63,406 bases of DNA from a virus (taxonomy: Duplodnaviria > Caudoviricetes). Positions 50,215 to 60,036 of this stretch are shown piece by piece (within the stretch, counting starts at the first letter, position 1; each line of letters opens with the position of its first letter). The stretch spans positions 1-63,406 of IMG/VR virus record IMGVR_UViG_3300027777_001479; one strand, 5' to 3'. The position numbers were made by a program, and so were the translations under genes. The notes under the pieces were generated by a model, which was not told the DNA's origin, made no database searches, and worked only from the letters and a program-made list of their open reading frames with translations.

Positions 50215-51761
50215 ATGGAGATAAAAACATATTTCAAGGATTTGTAATAAATAATCAAGATCCTTTGATGCTTGGTAGAGTAAGAGCAGTCCCAATCGAT
50301 CAGGTTGAATCGGCTTTATTACCTGAAAATTGGAATCCTGAAAAAGATATTTGGACGGAAAAAGATCCTATAATTTATCTACCTCTTTTACCGTATTATA
50401 TTAGTCAAGTACCAGAAGTAGATGAATATATTCACATATTTTACTACAATAAAACACAAATAAACGATAATACCAAATTTTACATACAAGGCCCAATAAC
50501 AAGACCTCAAAATAATAAGTTTGAAAATTGGCACAACTCAGAATCAATGCTTGCTAGTGGTGTTTTCTTAAAACAAGCAAATAACATTAAAGACCCAATA
50601 AGTTTAGAACTAAAAGGTCAAACAAAAGGTATTTATCCTGAACCAGGAGATAATGCTTTATTAGGTAGAGGAACTGCTGATGTTGTCGTAAAAGAAAGTG
50701 AAGTTTTAATAAGGGCCGGAAAAAACATACCAACACAAACATCAAGTTTTAATTTACCAACACCAAGACAAAATAGGGGATTTTTACAAATATCAAACTT
50801 TGATTTAGAAAAAAAACAATTAGACCCAATTAAAAAAACATTATTTTCCAACAAACCACAATTAGTTAAAAAATTAATAGAATGGGAAATAACAACCGAG
50901 ATTCAAATTACAGGATTTACATCAGGAGGTGGAACAACAGGATCAACTTTTTACAATGGTAACATATCACTTTATTCGTTACTCCCTAAAGATAAAACTA
51001 AAAGTACTGAAATTAATATGAACACACCACTTGATCAATATAAAAGTGGCGTTGAATATAAATTAGAATTTACCGGTAAAACTCAAGATGAGGGTGTTAA
51101 AATAATTAACCAATTTATAAATGGAGTTAATAGTGGGAAGATAAATATTGATGGGTATGATCAATTTCCCTTAGAGAATGATTCAAGATTAGAAAAACAA
51201 TTTCCATTCTACTTTAGACCAACAAAAAACAATATAGACAAATTATCTTCTTCAGCATCCACAGATTTTAATATGGTTAATAATTTCTTTAAAAAAATCA
51301 AATTATTACCTTCAGACAGACAATTTGGAAGCGTATTGGTGTGGTCAAAAAATGTTGTTGGGGAACAATTAAGTTCAGATAAAATTACATTAAAACAAAG
51401 TATTTACACACCAAATCCTGTTTCATACGGAACTATGGCATCAGATTTTATTTATTTTCTTTCTCATAAAACAGATATACCTTCTAAATCAAAAATAAAT
51501 CTACAACCAAAAGAAACTTTGTATGGTATTGAACAAGAGTATTTTACACAAAATGTATTACCAAATACAGATCCAATGGTTAGAGGTAACGAATTAATGA
51601 AACTTTTAAGTTTAATTGTTCGATTTTTAGGGTCACATGTTCATAATATAAATGAAGCTCCAATTCCAATCGGAGTTGATGGAACTCAATTAGATGAAAT
51701 CAACAAAATCCTACAAGACGCAGATAATTCAATATTAAATCAAAATATTAGAATTAATTGA
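50211..51761 (+). CDS. gp5/VgrG-like baseplate hub/central spike
   Basis: N-terminal OB-fold DPLMLGRVRA...PLLP....VPEVDE; C-terminal VRGNEL...SHVH metal-binding tip motif. Confidence 0.65.
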   Translation: MNGDKNIFQGFVINNQDPLMLGRVRAVPIDQVESALLPENWNPEKDIWTEKDPIIYLPLLPYYISQVPEVDEYIHIFYYNKTQINDNTKFYIQGPITRPQNNKFENWHNSESMLASGVFLKQANNIKDPISLELKGQTKGIYPEPGDNALLGRGTADVVVKESEVLIRAGKNIPTQTSSFNLPTPRQNRGFLQISNFDLEKKQLDPIKKTLFSNKPQLVKKLIEWEITTEIQITGFTSGGGTTGSTFYNGNISLYSLLPKDKTKSTEINMNTPLDQYKSGVEYKLEFTGKTQDEGVKIINQFINGVNSGKINIDGYDQFPLENDSRLEKQFPFYFRPTKNNIDKLSSSASTDFNMVNNFFKKIKLLPSDRQFGSVLVWSKNVVGEQLSSDKITLKQSIYTPNPVSYGTMASDFIYFLSHKTDIPSKSKINLQPKETLYGIEQEYFTQNVLPNTDPMVRGNELMKLLSLIVRFLGSHVHNINEAPIPIGVDGTQLDEINKILQDADNSILNQNIRIN

Positions 51762-51781
51762 TATTTATAAAGAAAAAATAA

Positions 51782-53251
51782 ATGTCAATTATTAACTCCT
51801 ACTTTAGTAGAAACAACACAATAGTATATAATAGTTATGTGAATACGGGAAGAAACCCTGTAATGCAACTCTATTATGGTGATGGGGGAATTGCTAACCC
51901 TGTTGGATATTCAAGATTTATATTTGATTTAAATTTAGATTTATTAAAAGAAAAAATCGCAAACGGAACAATTTCAACAAATTGTCAAAATAGTGAAATA
52001 ACTCACGTTTTGAAGATGACAAACACATCGTCATTTAATGAGGAATTACTTAATACATCTATGCCCGATGGAAGTATGAGGGCAACATCTTTTGATTTAA
52101 TACTTTTTAGAATACCACCAGTAAATTTTGATCCGGCTTTTCCACAATATTGGGATGAAGGTGTTGGTTATGATTTTTATGATGTTCCTGATGTTTTAGG
52201 ACCAAACAGGGCTTATTCTGACAGACCTTCAAATTGGTTTCAAACAACAACAATCAATAATTGGGAACAAGCAGGGATTTATAATAATAGAAATGTTGGT
52301 TTAGTTCCGTTTTCAGCAATTACCATTGTTGACATTCAGCACTTTGAATTTGGAAATGAAGATATTGAATTTGACATGACACAAGAAATTAATGATGTGT
52401 TAAATGGGGTTATTCAAAATCCAACAGGGTGGGGAATTGCTTATTTACCACAAGTAGAGAATTTATCAGGTACAACTGGATCATATTCAGTTGGGTTTTT
52501 TACTCGTCATACTCAAACTTTTTATGAACCATACCTTCTAACAACATACAACGATTTAATTGAAGATGATAGAAATAATTTTTCTATGGGTAGATCAAAT
52601 AAATTATATTTATATATATACGAAAACGGTGATTTTATTAATTTGGATCACACTCCTTTGGTTTCAATTTCGGATTCACAAGGAACTCCAATACAAGGTC
52701 TTCAAAATCTTCAAACATGTTTAAGAACAAGGGGGGTTTATGAAGTTACATTACCACCACTAATAGGGTATCACACACCATGTATGTTTACAGACACTTG
52801 GTCTAATATAGAATTAAATGGTTTTAATTTACCAAACCAAATTAATGAATTTACCGTGTACCCATTTAAAAAATCCATTCAAATTGGAACAAATACAAAT
52901 GATCCTGCACAATATGGTTTTTCTTATTATGGATTAAAACAAAATGAGAAAATATTAAACACAGATGTTAGAAAAGTTGGGGTTATTATTAAACAAGCTT
53001 ATACCACAAACAAACAATTACCAAACGTTGATGGTCAATATAGAGTTTATGTTAAAGAAGGGACTACTGAGGTGATTGTTCAAGATTGGACTACTTTAAA
53101 TAGAACACCAAATGAATATTATTTCATATTTGACACAAGAGATAAAATACCAAATGAATACTTTGTGGATATTAAAGTAACAACATCAGGTCAAATAAAT
53201 GTTTATAAACAACAAATTAATTTCTTTATTGTGAATGTTAAATCAGAATAA
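51782..53251 (+). CDS. Putative virion structural protein
   Basis: NTGRNPV.QL.YG, SRFIFD, WDEGVGYD, FFTRHTQTFYEPYL; late motif upstream. Confidence 0.6.
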   Translation: MSIINSYFSRNNTIVYNSYVNTGRNPVMQLYYGDGGIANPVGYSRFIFDLNLDLLKEKIANGTISTNCQNSEITHVLKMTNTSSFNEELLNTSMPDGSMRATSFDLILFRIPPVNFDPAFPQYWDEGVGYDFYDVPDVLGPNRAYSDRPSNWFQTTTINNWEQAGIYNNRNVGLVPFSAITIVDIQHFEFGNEDIEFDMTQEINDVLNGVIQNPTGWGIAYLPQVENLSGTTGSYSVGFFTRHTQTFYEPYLLTTYNDLIEDDRNNFSMGRSNKLYLYIYENGDFINLDHTPLVSISDSQGTPIQGLQNLQTCLRTRGVYEVTLPPLIGYHTPCMFTDTWSNIELNGFNLPNQINEFTVYPFKKSIQIGTNTNDPAQYGFSYYGLKQNEKILNTDVRKVGVIIKQAYTTNKQLPNVDGQYRVYVKEGTTEVIVQDWTTLNRTPNEYYFIFDTRDKIPNEYFVDIKVTTSGQINVYKQQINFFIVNVKSE

Positions 53252-53276
53252 AGAGATATTTATAAAATAAAATATT

Positions 53277-53666
53277 ATGGCATTAGTAAATTTTGAATTA
53301 TGTTCCCAACCAGGTGTTTTTGTTGCGGTAAATGATCTTGGAGTAACTCCTGCTCCAACCACAGGTGAAACTTATTCTATCACTTTATCGGGAACAACAT
53401 ATTGCGCAACCTTAGTTAGTGGATCACCATCAGGACCTGTATATGATTTAGGAACTCTTTTTGATTCTTGTTCTTCATGTTTTCAAAGTATACCAGTAAC
53501 AGCAAATACAATTTATGAAAGTTGTGTTATCTGTGATCCGTGTTTATCGGGAGGAACAGCAACCGCAACTGCAGTTCCCCACCCTGTATGGACTGGTTTA
53601 TACGGAAATGATGTTATTCAAGGAAATGCAGTTCAATTAGGAGGACAAAACGGATTATATAGTTAA
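53277..53666 (+). CDS. Small Cys-rich putative virion protein
   Basis: CSSC, CVICDPC; late motif upstream. Confidence 0.6.
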   Translation: MALVNFELCSQPGVFVAVNDLGVTPAPTTGETYSITLSGTTYCATLVSGSPSGPVYDLGTLFDSCSSCFQSIPVTANTIYESCVICDPCLSGGTATATAVPHPVWTGLYGNDVIQGNAVQLGGQNGLYS

Positions 53667-53683
53667 AAAATAAAAATAAAAAT

Positions 53684-54151
53684 ATGGATAAGTTAGATAG
53701 AATTATTAAAAGAATTTTAAAAGAAAGTAACGATAAAGAATCTTCAAGGTATATGTTCTTTTCAAATTTAGAACAAATGAGAAGACAATGTGATATATTA
53801 TTAGATTTTGACCAATCTATGATTGAGGACATTTTAGAAAATGGTCACGATTGGGCTCAGGATCACATTGCAGAAGCCAAAAACAATATGGATCAAGTTT
53901 TTGATTTTTTAATGAATGAATCAAAAAAAGATGGTATGGAACTCTCTATGAATATTGACGATAGAGATATGGTTATGATGGAAGGTAGAAAAAAAACAGG
54001 AACAAAGTTATGTGCTAGAGGAAAGGCATCGGCTAAAGCAAAATATGACGTGTACCCCTCAGCTTATAGTAATGGCCACGCTGTTCAAGTATGTAAAGGT
54101 AAAATAAAAGGACTTGATGGTAAAAAAAGGTGTTCCCCCCCTTTCTGTTAA
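53684..54151 (+). CDS. Hypothetical protein, possible head-internal protein
   Basis: ILKES motif; basic C-terminal LCARGK...YPSAYSNG...CKG module. Confidence 0.6.
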   Translation: MDKLDRIIKRILKESNDKESSRYMFFSNLEQMRRQCDILLDFDQSMIEDILENGHDWAQDHIAEAKNNMDQVFDFLMNESKKDGMELSMNIDDRDMVMMEGRKKTGTKLCARGKASAKAKYDVYPSAYSNGHAVQVCKGKIKGLDGKKRCSPPFC

Positions 54152-54157
54152 AAAATT

Positions 54158-54185
54158 AAAAAGAGGAATTAATTCCTCTTTTTTT
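54158..54185 (+). terminator. Intrinsic terminator (perfect palindrome)
   Basis: AAAAAGAGGAATT-AATTCCTCTTTTTTT. Confidence 0.8.
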
Positions 54186-54217
54186 AGTTTTTAATGTTTT
54201 CCCATATATTTACATGT

Positions 54218-54700
54218 ATGGAAAAACAATGTAGTAAATGTAAAATGTTAAAACCTGAATCAGATTTTTATATTTCACAAAGAGGAAATAGATGTAAAGA
54301 ATGTATCTTAAAAGTTACTAGAGAACATAAAAGAAGATATAGACTAAATCCTGAATTTAAAAAAACTGAAAGTTTAAAACAAAAAGAAAGAAGAGTTAGA
54401 CTATGGCAAAACACGTTAATTCACGATTCTAAAAGAAATAAAGAACATACTTTATCAGTTGATGATGTTAATGAAATGTTTGATAACCAAAATGGTTTAT
54501 GTTATTGGTTTAAAATACCACTCATACCCTCTGATAAAACAAAACATCCCCAACAACCGTCGTTAGATAGGTTAGATAGAAATAAAGGATATACCAAAGA
54601 TAACGTTGTTTTATGTTGTTACTCTGCAAATATTGGTAGAAATGAAAATGATCAAGAAACTTGGGAAAATTTTTTAAATATATTGTTTAATAAAAAATAG
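54218..54700 (+). CDS. HNH-like endonuclease with N-terminal Zn finger (likely start 54218)
   Basis: CSKC...CKEC; PSLDRLDRNKGYTKDNVVLCC..ANIGRN. Confidence 0.75.
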   Translation: MEKQCSKCKMLKPESDFYISQRGNRCKECILKVTREHKRRYRLNPEFKKTESLKQKERRVRLWQNTLIHDSKRNKEHTLSVDDVNEMFDNQNGLCYWFKIPLIPSDKTKHPQQPSLDRLDRNKGYTKDNVVLCCYSANIGRNENDQETWENFLNILFNKK

Positions 54701-54713
54701 TTTCATATATTTG
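54683..54713 (+). promoter_or_regulatory. Bacteroidota-type housekeeping promoter (TTG-N20-TATATTTG)
   Basis: Matches the -33 TTG / -7 TAnnTTTG consensus, 20 nt before ATG 54734. Confidence 0.55.
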
Positions 54714-54733
54714 TAGAACAATAAAACAAACGT

Positions 54734-55159
54734 ATGAAAAAATTATTCAACAGGTTCTACAAACGATTTAAAGTCAAAATGGCTCGATACATGAGAAACA
54801 ATATGAAAACTTATGAAGAAGTTGAGCCGCATGAAAAAACTGGATTTAAAATTTGTATTAAATTAATATCGGATAAAGATTCTGATTTTATGATCGCTCC
54901 GATGTCTCAAAAAAGATTTATTGTTAATGAAAAATTGAACATTTTTATAATCATTGATTATGGACGTGTTGAGATAACAAATCATATTTTTCATTACGAT
55001 GTTAAATTAAGTATTCGTGATTATGAAAGATTAATATATATCTATGACACAGAAACCGAAAAAAGAAGGGTAAACACCGAGAAAGAAGTAAAATCAAATA
55101 TTAAAAATTCTCTTGAGACGGTGTTAGAAAGACTAACAGAAAATATTAATAAAAAATAA
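54734..55159 (+). CDS. Hypothetical protein
   Basis: ORF with its own promoter. Confidence 0.6.
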   Translation: MKKLFNRFYKRFKVKMARYMRNNMKTYEEVEPHEKTGFKICIKLISDKDSDFMIAPMSQKRFIVNEKLNIFIIIDYGRVEITNHIFHYDVKLSIRDYERLIYIYDTETEKRRVNTEKEVKSNIKNSLETVLERLTENINKK

Positions 55160-55876
55160 TTATTTTTTTCTTGGTTTGTAACTTGTCATTACAGGTTTTT
55201 GACCTTTTCCTGTTTGAGTATCTTTCTTTTCAGCACTTCTTTTTTGTTGACAAGCAGATCTTTTTTGTGAATCACTCATCTTAGATGCAACACCTGAAGC
55301 ACGACATTTAGGATAAGCACCCTTACTTGTATCCGTTCTACCACAAGGGGGGTGTTTTCCGTCGACTTTACGACAAATGTTAACCCATGGCCCTTTTGGT
55401 TGAGAAGATCCTTTAGGTTTCTTCTTTGTCCCAAACCAAACGGCTAAATCTTCATTTAAAACACCTTTATCGGCAACTTCAACCCACTCATTAAATGGAA
55501 CTTTTTCAGTATAAGGTTCCATCCTTTCTTTAAAGGATGCTTCTTTACTATTTTCAAAGTATTGATTGATAATATTTCCATCATCATCAGAAAATGTTGA
55601 ATATGGGTTATGTTTAATATAATCTTGTATTTTAGCGGCAGTTCTTTCTAATTCACGAATTTGATTTCGTCTTAAATCCCAACTTTGATCATAACTATCA
55701 TATTGGACTAATGGACTTTTATATTTTGAAACCGCCTGTGTAAACGGTTGTAAAGACTCTCCTGACCAAGGTCTTAATCCTGGTTGAATTGGAGCGATAT
55801 AACTTCCCCTCCCACCACTACTGTCGCCAGATGCTTCTCTAATTACTTTTCTAATGATTTGATTTAATCTGTTCAT
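55160..55876 (-). CDS. Hypothetical protein, possible head-internal protein (likely start MNRLN at 55876)
   Basis: TATTTAT at 55889-55895; VIREA and LNED motifs; basic C-terminal WV.IC...PCGR...YPKC module. Confidence 0.6.
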   Translation of the reverse strand: MNRLNQIIRKVIREASGDSSGGRGSYIAPIQPGLRPWSGESLQPFTQAVSKYKSPLVQYDSYDQSWDLRRNQIRELERTAAKIQDYIKHNPYSTFSDDDGNIINQYFENSKEASFKERMEPYTEKVPFNEWVEVADKGVLNEDLAVWFGTKKKPKGSSQPKGPWVNICRKVDGKHPPCGRTDTSKGAYPKCRASGVASKMSDSQKRSACQQKRSAEKKDTQTGKGQKPVMTSYKPRKK

Positions 55877-55910
55877 TTTATTATTATTATAAATATCATA
55901 TAATTTAGTT

Positions 55911-56120
55911 ATGGAAGAAGAAAATAAAAATTTTGGCAATTTATTCAACACAATAGAGTTACTAAATGAAGACCATTTAGAGTTAATTTTAACCACAATG
56001 GATAACGAACACTCTCTATACTATTTAATTGAAGCCGTTAAATCCGCACATAGAAAAGGAGCTTTTTCTATTGGAGAAACCGAAGTGATTTCAAAATCAA
56101 TTAGAACTTTATTAAAGTAA
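55911..56120 (+). CDS. Small hypothetical protein
   Basis: 69-aa ORF filling the gap once 55876 is taken as the neighbour's start. Confidence 0.55.
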   Translation: MEEENKNFGNLFNTIELLNEDHLELILTTMDNEHSLYYLIEAVKSAHRKGAFSIGETEVISKSIRTLLK

Positions 56121-56151
56121 ACCAAAAAATCAACTATTAAAATTAATATAT

Positions 56152-56179
56152 AAAAAAAGGGACAATTTCTTGTCCCTTT
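56152..56179 (-). terminator. Intrinsic terminator after the major capsid gene
   Basis: Minus strand AAAGGGACAA-GAAA-TTGTCCC-T7. Confidence 0.85.
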
Positions 56180-56201
56180 AATGTTATTTTTAAGATTTTG
56201 A

Positions 56202-58115
56202 TTATCTCAATTCTCTTAAGTCGAATGTTCTAACACCATCTACGGTAATTCTTCCGTAAAATCTGTTGTTCACCATCTTCTTCGCGTATCTGGTCATAAT
56301 ACCTTTGATTGGCGTGAAGTTGAATGGGTTATACATTGTAGGTGTCAATTGTAGAGGTACATACGGTGCGTAGATGTAACCTGTGTCTAACAATGATGTT
56401 CCTTTGTGTCCAATCAAAACTTGGTTTGCTGGGAAGTAAGGATCACGATAAACTTGGTAACGTCCAGACAATGTACCAACTCTTTCAATACCCATGTTGT
56501 ATTGGTCTTGATCAGGAGCCGCGTTAGATACGTGGAAGTATTCTAAATCGTCAAAGATAGCAGAAACCTCAGAAGAAACAACGATCCAGTTAGCACCACC
56601 TCTCAAAGTAGATTTGTGGATTTGTGCTGACAATTGGTTAATTGCTGTAATCAAAGTTTGGTTCCAGTCTTTTTGAGTGTAAGATGTAGTAGCGTTAATT
56701 CTTCTCCATCCGTTGTAGTCCCAACGTAATTGCCATGCTGCACCTTTACGTAGGTCACGTAAGATCTCACGGTCAATTTCAGCAGCAACTTGTTCTGACA
56801 ACAACGCTGTCAATTCAGCTTCAGCATCGATGTTATGGAATGCAGCAACGTCTTGTGCTAATTCAGGAGACCATTGTGCTCTTAGTTTTCTTTCTGTAAC
56901 AGATACAGTTACTGACTCAAGGTCAAAAGAAACCTCACCAATTTGATCTTCAAATTCCATTTCAGCATATCTTCTATACCAAGCCAAGAATGAACCACCA
57001 GAAGTACCTGAATAGATAGTAGTTCCTGTGTAACCATCTAATGATGTTGCGTCACAATCAGCACATACTGGACAAGATAAATCTACTTCAAGATAGATAC
57101 ATCCGTCTTGAGAACAAATATTGTTGTAGTTACCACCATCACCAGTATTAGTACCAGTTGCATTACCACTGTTTCCAAATACAGTTGACGTGTTAGTACT
57201 TGTAGGTGTAACAATTCCTTGTCCGTAAATTTGAGTTACAACTCTAAACAATAGAGGAACAAATACAGTTTGACCGTTATAAGTACTTGTAAACACATTA
57301 CAAGGTGTAGTTGCTGCAGAAATTACTGAAGTTCCATAGATTCTTAAATCAGAAAGGAAAGATTCAGTATCCATTTCATTTCCATCAGGACCAATAAGTT
57401 TTCCTGTACCAGCGTTAGCAAAACCACAAAGTTTCATAATAACTTTTCTTGTGTTACCAGAGTAAGTATCTAATGAGGTATTAACAAGTGAAGAACCTGC
57501 CCATGCTTGAACAGTAGTGTTTGCTGTAACAGCAGTCCACTTACCTTTAGAGTAATCAAACAATCCTGGAGGATCTAAAGAAGCTTCATTTCCTTCATAG
57601 AACAAGTCATACAAGTCTTTTTTGTAAGGATAGTTAGGTGCAGTTCCACCTGGATAACCTGAGTTAACGTCAGTTGGTCCGTTAGGTGATCCTATTGGTG
57701 CGTAGTGTTGACCACCAGCAGTTCCAACTCCTGTTTGAGGATATGCGTTTGCCAATTCAGAAGATGCGTTTGAATATCCTTGTATTCTTGGTACAAAGAA
57801 GAACAATTTACCGATAGGTAAGTTCATTGCTTGTACAGATACGATGTCGTTAGCCAACAATTTAGAGAATACACGTCTTACGATTGGGAAAACAACTGTT
57901 TCAAATGCTCCGTTAGAAGAACCATCTGAAGTTGCTTCGTTAATCAAGAAAGATGCTTGGTTCTCATATAATTGAGCTACGTTTTCTTTTAGGTGGCCTT
58001 TAAGACCTTCAAGGAACCCTAATTTGTCCCATTTGTTAATTGTGTCTTCTTTGATAACTTTAAGGTGTTTTAACCCGATGTTACCTACAAGACCTGATTC
58101 TAATAATGCTCCCAT
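56202..58115 (-). CDS. gp23: Major capsid protein (T4 gp23-like) with a large insertion
   Basis: FPIVRRVF..LLANDIVSVQAM..P.G; RKLRAQWSPELAQD..AFH.IDAEAEL...LSE....EIDREI; YAPYVPLQ; GIMTRYA. Confidence 0.93.
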   Translation of the reverse strand: MGALLESGLVGNIGLKHLKVIKEDTINKWDKLGFLEGLKGHLKENVAQLYENQASFLINEATSDGSSNGAFETVVFPIVRRVFSKLLANDIVSVQAMNLPIGKLFFFVPRIQGYSNASSELANAYPQTGVGTAGGQHYAPIGSPNGPTDVNSGYPGGTAPNYPYKKDLYDLFYEGNEASLDPPGLFDYSKGKWTAVTANTTVQAWAGSSLVNTSLDTYSGNTRKVIMKLCGFANAGTGKLIGPDGNEMDTESFLSDLRIYGTSVISAATTPCNVFTSTYNGQTVFVPLLFRVVTQIYGQGIVTPTSTNTSTVFGNSGNATGTNTGDGGNYNNICSQDGCIYLEVDLSCPVCADCDATSLDGYTGTTIYSGTSGGSFLAWYRRYAEMEFEDQIGEVSFDLESVTVSVTERKLRAQWSPELAQDVAAFHNIDAEAELTALLSEQVAAEIDREILRDLRKGAAWQLRWDYNGWRRINATTSYTQKDWNQTLITAINQLSAQIHKSTLRGGANWIVVSSEVSAIFDDLEYFHVSNAAPDQDQYNMGIERVGTLSGRYQVYRDPYFPANQVLIGHKGTSLLDTGYIYAPYVPLQLTPTMYNPFNFTPIKGIMTRYAKKMVNNRFYGRITVDGVRTFDLRELR

Positions 58116-58141
58116 TTTTTTTGGTTTTTATTATTTATTGT

Positions 58142-59686
58142 TTATTTTATTTTTGTCATCAAATCCTTCATTCTTAAGAATTGTGGATTTTCGTAAGTTT
58201 TTGATTCAATTAAATTTGCTGATGACCCTGTTGAAACAGATTTATTCACAGTTCTTTCAATTGATTCGTTTATTGAGTTTTCTTTACTTACACCATTTCC
58301 TAATTCATTTTTAATGGCTCTGTATAGATTTTTCGATTCTTTCAAAGATTCAACATTATCAAATCTTCTTAAGATGTTTATTTTTTCTTGTTTTGTGGTT
58401 GAATGTTCAGTAAACAATCTTGTAGAATAAGCCAAGTTAGAATTAAAAACTGCAACTTCATTCAATTTCGTTCTAAACACATCAAGAGCTTTTCTGTATT
58501 CTTCATTTTTCTCTCTTAACGAGTTTACTTCATTAGATTCCGAAATTTTAAATGGATTGTATTCATAATTTCTGTTGTTTGTTCTTGCCTTTCTTAAACC
58601 ACGGCTACCATTTTTAGATCCATTACCATAAGTTCTTGACGCTTCTTTGGTCTCAACTTTTTTCATAGATCCTTTTTTCATGTTTTCGCCTTCTTTATAT
58701 TCGAATTTGGCTTTTCCTGTTCCCATCGCTTTAGTTCCTTTTCCAAAAGCTTCTTTTCTTTTGGAGTTAAAACCTCCATTCATATTAGGTTTTTTGTCGT
58801 AACTAAACTTAGGACCTTTTCCAATACCAACACCTTTAGTTTTAATGGCTTTTTTAACGGATTCCATAACTGAGTCAAAATCTTCATCATCCATTTCCAT
58901 CATTTCCATATCATCCATTTCCATCATTTCCATATCATCCATTTCCATCATTTCCATATCATCCATTTCCATATCATCCATTTCCATGTCGTCCATTTCC
59001 ATCATTTCCATGTCGTCCATTTCAAGTTCATATATAGTTTCTTCTTCACCAAGACCTAAACCACCTGTGATTGCTCCCATTGCAGCTCCGCCCCAATTAA
59101 ATTCAGAAACTTCAGAACCCATTTCATCATCCATTTCGATCTCATAGAGTGTTTCGTTATCAAAACCTTCCATAAACTCATCATCCATTTCCATCATTGA
59201 ATCTTCTTCTGATTCACCCAAATGGATCATGTATTCGTTATCTCCATCAGTAAAATGAATATTTTCACCTTCTTTTTTCACAACGATTCCGTCTTGATCA
59301 CCCATAGCTTTAAAAACTCTTAAAACTTCCGCATCTGACGCTCCCGTCATATCGATAGTTTCTTCCTCATCTTCCATATCGTCAGAACCCATTTCATCAT
59401 CCATTTCCATTTCATCATCCATTTCCATGTCCTCATCGTCCATTTCCATTTCATCTTCCATTTCCATGTCGTCATCCATGTTTTCGTCCTCAACTTCAGT
59501 TTCAGTGTCAAGTTCATCTGTGTCAACCTCTTCTTCATCTTGTTCTCTAAGAGATTCTTTTACTAGTTGTCTGATTTCTTCACTCATCGTAGAATGAAGT
59601 ATTCCTTTTGCATTTTCTTGTAGAGTCTCCTCCAAATTCTTGATTTGGAAAAGAGCGTCTTCTACTACATTTTTGTTGTTTGTCAT
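58142..59686 (-). CDS. Prohead core/scaffolding protein with acidic Met-rich repeats
   Basis: Position between protease and MCP; very acidic; C-terminal KLNEVAVFNSNLAY. Confidence 0.75.
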   Translation of the reverse strand: MTNNKNVVEDALFQIKNLEETLQENAKGILHSTMSEEIRQLVKESLREQDEEEVDTDELDTETEVEDENMDDDMEMEDEMEMDDEDMEMDDEMEMDDEMGSDDMEDEEETIDMTGASDAEVLRVFKAMGDQDGIVVKKEGENIHFTDGDNEYMIHLGESEEDSMMEMDDEFMEGFDNETLYEIEMDDEMGSEVSEFNWGGAAMGAITGGLGLGEEETIYELEMDDMEMMEMDDMEMDDMEMDDMEMMEMDDMEMMEMDDMEMMEMDDEDFDSVMESVKKAIKTKGVGIGKGPKFSYDKKPNMNGGFNSKRKEAFGKGTKAMGTGKAKFEYKEGENMKKGSMKKVETKEASRTYGNGSKNGSRGLRKARTNNRNYEYNPFKISESNEVNSLREKNEEYRKALDVFRTKLNEVAVFNSNLAYSTRLFTEHSTTKQEKINILRRFDNVESLKESKNLYRAIKNELGNGVSKENSINESIERTVNKSVSTGSSANLIESKTYENPQFLRMKDLMTKIK

Positions 59687-59757
59687 ACTTTTTATAAAAT
59701 ATTTTTCTAATAAATATCATCAAAAAGTAAAAAATTGTTTTTTTGACACAATAAAAC

Positions 59758-59790
59758 AAAAAAAAAGGGAAAAGACTATTGTCTCTTCCC
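59758..59790 (-). terminator. Intrinsic terminator
   Basis: Minus strand GGGAAGAGAC-AATA-GTCTTTTCCC-T9. Confidence 0.8.
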
Positions 59791-59817
59791 AATTTTTAAA
59801 CTAATTTAAATGATTTT

Positions 59818-60030
59818 TTATGATTCGATAACCTCATCAATTTTACTTTCAGAAATTGAAGTGATTCTCCAATCCATCGTGTAATTTTCATAAACTTTGG
59901 TTACTTTGGCCTCAACATCGGTAGGTGAGTATCCTCTAACCAATTTTTCTTCTCTCATTTTTTTAACTTTTCCAGTTTCAGTATCAACCATATCGGTTGT
60001 AATCTTTGCGATAAAATATTTTTCGTCCAT
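59818..60030 (-). CDS. DUF4494-like small protein
   Basis: YFIAKI.......GKVKK.REE.LV...S.TDVEAKV pattern. Confidence 0.55.
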   Translation of the reverse strand: MDEKYFIAKITTDMVDTETGKVKKMREEKLVRGYSPTDVEAKVTKVYENYTMDWRITSISESKIDEVIES

Positions 60031-60036
60031 AATTTA

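Noticed and set aside
58845-59538. Ser/Ile-rich and Trp/Lys/Met-rich ORFs over the scaffold
   Set aside because: Shadows of the MEMDD repeat
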